A stretch of DNA of 64,000 bases from Savitreella phatthalungensis (taxonomy: Eukaryota). A program made the position numbers and the translations under genes. Where the stretch lies: NCBI GenBank assembly GCA_051599415.1, contig AP039689.1, positions 744,001-808,000 of the forward strand, read 5' to 3'. The stretch's first letter is position 1. The number at the start of each line of letters is the position of its first letter. Below are positions 56,518-64,000 of this stretch, one piece after another. The notes under the pieces are model-generated. The model ran no database searches, was not told where the DNA came from, and saw only the letters and a program-made list of their open reading frames with translations.

Positions 56518-57612
56518 ATGATCCACCTGCTCGGCTTTGGAGCTGTTGGAAAGTTGCTGGCCTACACGCTCCGTGCATCAGGATCTCCAGTGACATTACT
56601 CGTCCGACGTCCACTCCCATCGACTGCTGCCGAATACGGCTTCTGTATCCACCGTGCATTTCCCCTGCCTCCCTCATCTCCATCTACCTTACCACGTGTC
56701 AGCGGCTTTACTATCCAACACCCAACCTCCACACCTTCCTCCGCCTCCGCTACAAGAGACATCCACACCCTGATCGTATGCACGAAAGCCCAAGACGCTG
56801 CTCCTGCCGTCGCCTCCCTATCGTCACGCCTGGCGCGTGATGCTTTGGTGGTCGTTGTCTGCAACGGTGCTGGTGTGGGTGATGGTGTACGAGGTGTGGT
56901 GAAGGGTTCGGATGTGTGTGTGGTTGAAGGTATCACGACGCACGGTGTGTACGTTGGGGATGCGGAGACGGTCGTCCACGCCGGCGAAGGCACCCTCCTC
57001 CTCTCCCCGTCACCACATCCATCCCTCCTGTCCCTTACCTCCCTCCTCCAACCCATCCACTGCACACTCGCACACACCCCTAAACACTTCCAAGACGCTC
57101 AGCAAGCCAAACTCATCGTCAACGCAGTCATCAACCCGCTAACAGCGCTCCTAGACGCCCCCAACGCAATCATCCTCACACAAACTCAACCCTCCCAACT
57201 CGCCGCCCTTCTCACCTTTGACGCCGTCAGACTCCTTTGTCGTGGCGGTGAAAGTGTTGGCCGGTTGACGATGGATGATGTGGAACGGATGAGTGAATAC
57301 TTGCGCGAGGGTGTTGGTGGTGTGGGTGGGGTGGTAGGGGATGGGTTGGCGAAGGTGCGTGAGGTGGCGCTGGCGACCGGAAGGAATTTGTCATCGACCG
57401 TCCAGGATGTTCGCGTCGGGAGACCTCACGAGCTCGATTTCATCAACGGAGCACTCGTCAGACGTGCACAGGCCATCGACCCAAAAATCGATACTGCAGT
57501 CCAGGCGTACATCCTCGGCTGTGTCCAGCACAGGGTCCAGCACGGTCATCCACCCGACAGATGGCAAGATACTCTGCTGGATCTGGCGACGACAAGAAGG
57601 AATCAAGGATGA
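56518..57612 (+). CDS. PAN5: 2-dehydropantoate 2-reductase (ApbA/PanE family)
   Basis: GFGAVG, CTKA, CNG, KLIVNAVINPLTAL, N.SS..QDV..GR..ELDFING. Confidence 0.85.
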   Translation: MIHLLGFGAVGKLLAYTLRASGSPVTLLVRRPLPSTAAEYGFCIHRAFPLPPSSPSTLPRVSGFTIQHPTSTPSSASATRDIHTLIVCTKAQDAAPAVASLSSRLARDALVVVVCNGAGVGDGVRGVVKGSDVCVVEGITTHGVYVGDAETVVHAGEGTLLLSPSPHPSLLSLTSLLQPIHCTLAHTPKHFQDAQQAKLIVNAVINPLTALLDAPNAIILTQTQPSQLAALLTFDAVRLLCRGGESVGRLTMDDVERMSEYLREGVGGVGGVVGDGLAKVREVALATGRNLSSTVQDVRVGRPHELDFINGALVRRAQAIDPKIDTAVQAYILGCVQHRVQHGHPPDRWQDTLLDLATTRRNQG

Positions 57613-57648
57613 CATGGAGGATCATGCTCTGGATATTGGAATTCTTGA

Positions 57649-58527
57649 CTACTTTTGGACGGTGGTCGGGGTGAGGTCGTCCGTGATTTGGGAGGGGGAG
57701 GAGGATTGGATGGAGTTCGGTGATGGGTGGAGGGCTGCAAGTTCTTTAAGCATTTTTTCCCGTACGTCTGTGACGACCTTGTCGAGTTCAGCAGTGGTGA
57801 CGCCCTTGAGGTCGACAGGTTCGAGCACCTTGACCTTGATCACACCGCCACGGAACACACCCTTCTTCCACGAGAATAAGTTGGAGTAATTCTGGATGAC
57901 GACCGGCACGATCGGCACGCCTGCCTGGAGGGCGAGGTGGAAGCAACCCTTCTTGAAAGGGAGCATGTCCGGGTTGAGGGTGTACGAGCGGGTGCCTTCT
58001 GGGAAGATCCAGACGGATTGCTTGTTGGCCTTCATCTGGGCGACTGCGCCTGCGAATGAGGCCTTGGCATTTGCCGAATTGGCTCGATCGATGAATACCG
58101 TGCCGGACAGGGACATGAACCAGCCCAGGAAGGGCATGTGCTTGAGCTGTTTCTTCGCTGTGACGGAGCAGTGTTTTGGGAACAGCCGACCGAGCGCGTA
58201 GATGTCCAGTTCAGACTGATGGTTCGAGATGAAGACGGCAGGCCTTGTCAGCAAACGTTCCTCCCCTTCGAGCTCGAACCGGATGTTGACCAGCGGCCGG
58301 AGCAGCAAGCTGAATCCTCTGGCTGTCGTCCACTGCGACAGCGAGCCCTTGCCGAGCAGTCGTAGGACAATCGAGGCGATGACACCGTACGATGAGACTG
58401 CGCACATCGCAATCACCGCAGTGATGAAGCGAGCCATGAACGCCGTCCGCCTAGACAGTCTGCCCAAAGTAGTAAACATGATCAAAAGGCCCACGACAGC
58501 CGTCAAGACCTGGACTGCAGAGACCAT
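57649..58527 (-). CDS. SLC1: 1-acyl-sn-glycerol-3-phosphate acyltransferase
   Basis: NHQSELD, FIDR, FPEGTRS, LPFKKG; ATG at 58527. Confidence 0.96.
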   Translation of the reverse strand: MVSAVQVLTAVVGLLIMFTTLGRLSRRTAFMARFITAVIAMCAVSSYGVIASIVLRLLGKGSLSQWTTARGFSLLLRPLVNIRFELEGEERLLTRPAVFISNHQSELDIYALGRLFPKHCSVTAKKQLKHMPFLGWFMSLSGTVFIDRANSANAKASFAGAVAQMKANKQSVWIFPEGTRSYTLNPDMLPFKKGCFHLALQAGVPIVPVVIQNYSNLFSWKKGVFRGGVIKVKVLEPVDLKGVTTAELDKVVTDVREKMLKELAALHPSPNSIQSSSPSQITDDLTPTTVQK

Positions 58528-59326
58528 GGAAGACAGAACAGCCAAAAGAAAAGGAGATCACCTGGTCTCACCTCTCTGATAATCTTCGAGCGGTAGACCT
58601 CAGAAGCAGGAGATCGATGACGACTGTGATTGAAGTTGTTGAGCTGTGGAGAAGCTCTAATGTAGCTAGTTTCCTGGGCAGGAGTCGCAAGGAAGATCAG
58701 GATCCCGTGCGTGACTTGTAGCGAGAATAATTACTTTCGACCTAGCTTTAGATGTCTCGACAACAGTGTCTGCGTTCTTGTCGAGCATAGATGTCGAGAA
58801 CTTGGTACTCCTCGATCGTCTGAGAAGCAGGGTGGGGGGATTGACTTTGGCACGTGATCGGCCACCTAGGCCAGTTCAAGTGACGATGTTGCAAATCCCA
58901 CAGGATTTAGATCTGAAAAGCATGATTGCAATTCGCTCGATGACTGCATACAGAAAGCTCTTTGATTTTTTAAAGTTGGAGATGGCTCGGGGAAAGATGG
59001 GCTATTAAATTGCCAGATCAAGCTTGATTAGATTATAAGTAAGACGGACAGATCTAGGCAACAGCCGACTCAACTGTCTTCAACGCACTTGGACGCACGG
59101 GCTCTAAAGAGAGGTGAACAGTCCATTTGAAGAGTCGGCTTCTTCAAGGTAGCTTCGCCATTGTAGCCAGTCATAGAGAGTGTCGGGGCAGCTTACTGAA
59201 CAACCCTGGATTTTGAACAAATAGTCGACATGAATCGCCTCATTAATCTATATACTTCACTCAACCTGTTTATGACATGTACGGTTCTTGATGTGATCTT
59301 CTCTAGCCCTGCAAATTAGCCCTGTT

Positions 59327-61156
59327 TCACTCGATGTGCTTCTTCTCATCAGTCTTTGGAATCCTGACAAAGACGACGGTGATGACGAAGCTGATGAGGG
59401 CGAGAGCGAGACAGAACCACCAGGTGGCTCTGTAGGAAATCAGGGTTGCTTGCTCTAGTGACATGCTCGGGTCTTTCGACAACTGAGCTGCCATCACTTG
59501 AGCCTCGACTATCCCGCCGATACCCGTGCCGATCGACATAGAGACATTGAAGACGGTATTGACGAGGGAGCCTGCTGTGCCTGCATACTTGCGCTTGACA
59601 GAGGAGGTGATGAAGACGCTGGCTGAGGCGAATGCCAAGTCAGGGCCGAGTGTCGAGATCGACACGCTCAGAAGACCTGTGTAGAAGTAGCTTCTGCCTG
59701 AGTCCCAAGTCAAGGGGAGCATCGCTGCAGGGCCGCCACCAAAGCAGAGACAAGAGACGGCGAAAATGACATGGCCAGGGAGGATGTGGAGCAGAGTGGC
59801 GCATGCAAAGGTGGCGAGGACACCGAAGATCAGGTTTGGCATGAAGTATCCGGCTAGTAGCAACGGAGGACTCTCTTTGATCTTGAGCCAGAACAAAGCG
59901 GCTATCCACTGCCAGCATGCAAATCCGCCCCATCCAAACACTGACGCGACCATGAGCGGCGCGAATGATGGCGTCTTCCAGATCTCTAACGGCATAATCG
60001 GATTGGCCGCAACGTAGGCCTCGACCATGACGAAGATGACGAGCAGGAGGAGTCCAATAATGATCATCGAGTAGGTGTAGGGTGCCCAGGACTTGTTCGG
60101 TCCATCTGTGAGTCCGAACGCCAGTAGCACCAGGCCGGCCACGGCACTCGCAGAGCCTAGCCAGTCAAAGCCGCGCATTGCCTGACGAAGCGGGCCTAGA
60201 GCACGTGCCTGTAGCTTGTCGTCTGAGGGGATGAAGAAGTAGACTGCAGCTGCATAGGCGACGTACATGACTGCCGCAAAGTAGAAGTTTACCCGCCAAC
60301 TTGCAAATTTGGTGATGGTGCCTGATTGAGAGACGCCGACGATGAAGCCTACGGGAGCCATCGATCCGAATGCAGAAAAGGCTCGATTCTTCCGACGACC
60401 TGGCTCGTAGACGTTACCTAAGATCGAGATGGCTGCTGGGAGGAGTGCGCCGCCTGCAATACCCTGCATGGCGCGTGCGAGGATGAAGACTCCACCGGAC
60501 GGAGCTGCGCCACAGACAGTTGTCCAGAGTACTAACCAGAGGGCGCCGCCGAGGAAGACGCGCCTGCCGCCGATCCTGTCTGCGAGAGAGCCGAAGACGA
60601 TGACGAAACTGCCGTTGGAAAGGGAGAAAGCCGACACGATCCAGGCGAGCTGATTGTCGTCGAGCGCGAGACCTTTCTGAAGGTCCAACATCAGTGCCAT
60701 ACCCTGACCGTAGTTGCTCTGCACAACAAGCTGGGCAGCCGCGCAGACGCAGATGAAGAAGATCTCGGCAGCTGTCGAGGCAAAGACCGCCGGACGTCCC
60801 TGCATCTGATTTTGTGGTCTATCAAGGCTAGCGGCATTTTCCTGCTGGCCAAGAAGCTCGATCTCATCACGAGCGACATCGCTAGTGGAGGTCCGCCGTG
60901 AATTTGGCGCTGAAGCCGCAGGCGTCGTTGGAGCAGAGGTCTGGTATGGTGTGCCCTGTCGTGGCCTTGGAGGTAGAGCATCGAGGTCTATGGCTGTCCA
61001 GGACGCTGTTTTTGAGTCTTTGAAGTGAACTGTCTTGCCAGGCGTCAGATGTGGTGATGAAAGTTGCTCGACATTGTGTAAACTGCCAGTCGACAAGTCG
61101 TTCTCAGAAACTTGGACTGCTTGTGTGAGCGTGGTCGACTTGCTTCCGCTGCCCAT
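59327..61156 (-). CDS. MFS transporter, DHA2-type (Atr1/Amf1-like)
   Basis: About 14 hydrophobic segments, GSLADRIGGRR motif A, RAMQGIAG, FDWLGS, PIMPLEIW. Confidence 0.9.
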   Translation of the reverse strand: MGSGSKSTTLTQAVQVSENDLSTGSLHNVEQLSSPHLTPGKTVHFKDSKTASWTAIDLDALPPRPRQGTPYQTSAPTTPAASAPNSRRTSTSDVARDEIELLGQQENAASLDRPQNQMQGRPAVFASTAAEIFFICVCAAAQLVVQSNYGQGMALMLDLQKGLALDDNQLAWIVSAFSLSNGSFVIVFGSLADRIGGRRVFLGGALWLVLWTTVCGAAPSGGVFILARAMQGIAGGALLPAAISILGNVYEPGRRKNRAFSAFGSMAPVGFIVGVSQSGTITKFASWRVNFYFAAVMYVAYAAAVYFFIPSDDKLQARALGPLRQAMRGFDWLGSASAVAGLVLLAFGLTDGPNKSWAPYTYSMIIIGLLLLVIFVMVEAYVAANPIMPLEIWKTPSFAPLMVASVFGWGGFACWQWIAALFWLKIKESPPLLLAGYFMPNLIFGVLATFACATLLHILPGHVIFAVSCLCFGGGPAAMLPLTWDSGRSYFYTGLLSVSISTLGPDLAFASASVFITSSVKRKYAGTAGSLVNTVFNVSMSIGTGIGGIVEAQVMAAQLSKDPSMSLEQATLISYRATWWFCLALALISFVITVVFVRIPKTDEKKHIE

Positions 61157-61318
61157 CAAGTCGTGACAGGTGTATGACAGGAGAGTTGGACGTCAGATGA
61201 GCGATATGAAGTGGGTGACGCGTGGGTGCTGAGCATGACTATTCAAAAGACAGGTACAATTGACCATGGCATGGTACGCGGACGCGGGATGAGTGAGATT
61301 TGGAGTGGTTAATGATCC

Positions 61319-61352
<34 letters not shown>
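61319..61352. repeat. (ATTG)n microsatellite
   Basis: About 8 copies upstream of the MFS gene. Confidence 0.9.
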
Positions 61353-61353
<1 letters not shown>

Positions 61354-63375
61354 TAGCCAGAGATCAGCCGTGCTCCACATCAACTGCATGTCCATAGAGT
61401 ACACAGTGGATGTGTATTACATGCATGGAGTATATTTGACCCACTTGGGAATTTCCTCCCATTGGATTAATCATCAGAAAATAGACTTTAGATTTGGGAT
61501 TTTTTCCTTGTGCTCTCTTGACCAGTGTCTCTTGAAGATCCAAGATCCATCATTGACAGGATAGAATCTAAGCTGTTCAGCCTCAGAGGATAATAGATTC
61601 GTTTGAAGAATATAGGATAGCTGAGCCAGTAGATTTTCCCCCACTTCAATTGCTTCCATCGGCCGAAAGGTATTCTGTTCCAATAGAATAGCTCATCCAT
61701 TCATCAACTCTAGCTTCTTTCCTCCTTCCTCCTTCCTCATCATGATGCAGTCAGCACGAGCAGATCAATCCGGCGTCAACGATAGATCCAGAACTTTGAG
61801 TGGACAGTCCGAGCGAGCATCGTAGAGCTTATCAGGCCGTAGACTAACAAAGTGGACTCTTCAATACTCCACGGTCAGTCACTTCTCAATGCCGATCGGG
61901 TGACTCACTGCTGGTCAATTTCCTCGTGCATCATTCGAGATCTAGTAGCGAATCTCGTGCTCTCCAGCAGCAAATGTAGGCATGCACCTTAACTCATCAC
62001 GGTACAGGCTGCCCTTGTTACCTAGTTGATCACTTTAGAGGGTCGCAATCAGACATCGCTTTGCAGGATGCATTTCAATTGTGGATGAGCGCATGACATC
62101 TGATTGAGCAGCCAGGCCAAGTCACTGGCTGTTTTCCCAGCCAATATCTATCCGCTGCGTAGGTCTAACTAGCGAGCGTCAGAGTAAGCTGCAGTATGCA
62201 CCTCCAACACAATGCCCGGTGACTTGATGCAGTAGATTCGATCAGTCCTGCAAAAGAGTTGACATCGTATACAGTCAGTCGATCAATCAGTATAATCGAA
62301 ATGATTTAGTCAATGCATGATCGACAGAAAATCCCCGCTCGCATATTCTCCTATCACGGAAATCAAGTGAATCCCGGCCACTGCGCGCTTTCAAACAGAG
62401 AGAGCTCCCAACAGTCTATGTAGTGAGGAACGAGGACGAAAATGCATCTTATGTACCAAGCATCATCATCTCTCCTCGGGAAGGATATAAGTGTGCACCT
62501 GGGAAAATATTTACCTGTTCATCACGGTGTATGAGTTTACCTATACGTCATGCACCGACTTGATTTAGAAGTGGTGGTACCATACAGCATTTCCTGTCTT
62601 ATGTCTTATCTGGAGGTCAATATATCACACTTGAATGATTCGAATGATTCAAGTATACCTGCACCCTGCAATGAAGAAATCTCCTGATATCAGGTCTCGA
62701 GTCAGTCTCGAGTCAGTTCTCATACTCACGTGCATACTCCAATCTGCTAATATCCATATATGTCCATATCCAGCTGCAAGTCTCTCCAGAAATTCTTGTA
62801 TCTGAATCAGCGGTTGTAGCCTCGGGAATTACACATTACAAAATAGCAGGAATATTAACTGCATGTATGGAGATTCCCCTTAGACGCGACGACGTGCATC
62901 ACTCACTCGATCATCCGATCTACACCCTATAGTGCAGTGTTCGTCCTCATTGATAATCGACGCGTCCCTTGGTCATCAGCGCTGGGATATCACGCCATTG
63001 ACGCTCGAGCTTTTCAGAATCGGCAGCTCGACGAAGGTGACTCGCATTTACTCTGATATCAGGCCAATAGCATCTGCGCACGCGCCGTTCACTTGCACTG
63101 TCTCCGGATAAAGGCATCGTCTGACAAATCGTTACATTGATCCCTTCTCACAACACTATACACAATACAACGCACGTGGGAAGCTTTCCCATACTTGCAA
63201 CAGCCGCAAATCCGCGTCATTGTCTACTCCGAAGACTTGCTCACCTGCACCTCAACATCTGTCCGAAACCTTGAGTATTCCACAAGGTTTCACCGGTTCT
63301 CCTCTTTAAGCGCTGGTCCGCTTACGCTTACATCGACTCCAAGTCGATCCAAAGCTCACACAAACATAACCGAGC

Positions 63376-64000
63376 ATGGTCATGCTACCCAAGCGGCCGT
63401 TGCGGCTCTTAACCCTGGTAGCATTTGGCCTGATTGTTGTCCTCTTTCTCTGGAGCAATATCCGGCCGTCGCAGTCCTCGTCAACGAAATCAGGCAGACG
63501 GTACGGCTTCGACGTCAAGAAACTGCGCGACGAAGAAGGATGGGTGGAGTCGGACTTACTCGCAGAGGGCGTCGCCAATGTTATCGACGCTCGGAGAGAA
63601 CCAACTCAAAAGAAGTTTGACCTGCCCCAAGTCATCCATCGCACGTCGACGCAGGAAGTATCTGATCCAGCGACCATGTCGTGGTATTATGCCAATCCAG
63701 GAGAAATCCACTACCACTATAACGACCACAAGCAGCGTGCATACGTCCTCAAGCGCTTCCCGTTCAGAGTCGTCGAAGTGTACAAGCAGCTTCGAGATGC
63801 AACTGCACGTGCACATCTATTTCGATACCTGGTGATGCAGCGTGACGGCGGCGTCTATGCAGATGATGACACGACATGCCTGATGCCAATCACAAACTGG
63901 ATACCCTCAGGGATTCCATCGAAAGAGGTCGGAATCGTCGTCGGTATTGCAATCGATGAGAAGGACGTCAAGGACGATAAGAAGCTCCGTGACTGGGGTT
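63376..64000 (+). CDS. GT32 / Och1-like alpha-mannosyltransferase; 5' part only, runs off the window
   Basis: MVMLPKRPLRLL plus a type-II TM anchor, LPQVIHRT, SWYYANP, LFRYLV..DGGVYADDDT..PI..W. The frame is open to the window end. Confidence 0.88.
   Translation, partial: MVMLPKRPLRLLTLVAFGLIVVLFLWSNIRPSQSSSTKSGRRYGFDVKKLRDEEGWVESDLLAEGVANVIDARREPTQKKFDLPQVIHRTSTQEVSDPATMSWYYANPGEIHYHYNDHKQRAYVLKRFPFRVVEVYKQLRDATARAHLFRYLVMQRDGGVYADDDTTCLMPITNWIPSGIPSKEVGIVVGIAIDEKDVKDDKKLRDWG

Overview
Gene-dense, GC-rich, intron-poor fungal DNA. It is probably from an ascomycete yeast; Taphrinomycotina-like is my inference from gene content and promoter motifs. It holds about 25 protein-coding genes, mostly housekeeping: LEU1, SWR1, RPS2, GCN4/cpc-1, SET9, ECM14, POP1, CBR1, CEM1, GTB1, TilS, TLG2, calmodulin, SLC1 and others. 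Several features are missed or truncated in the ORF track: a spliced Asteroid/XPG-like PIN gene at the left edge, the first exons of SET9 and calmodulin, an Och1-like glycosyltransferase at the right edge, and a dispersed 5S rRNA gene. The strongest unexplained signals are: (1) a ~240-nt nested, strand-specific RNA structure just downstream of the 5S gene; (2) a Zn2Cys6 cluster inside the H4K20 methyltransferase Set9; (3) a long hairpin filling SET9 intron 1; (4) an ATF4-like two-uORF leader and a perfect Gcn4 site upstream of GCN4; (5) a triplicated acidic/WLY repeat in Swr1. No transposon, tRNA or CRISPR was recognised. All calls come from reading the sequence by eye; no database search or folding program was run.
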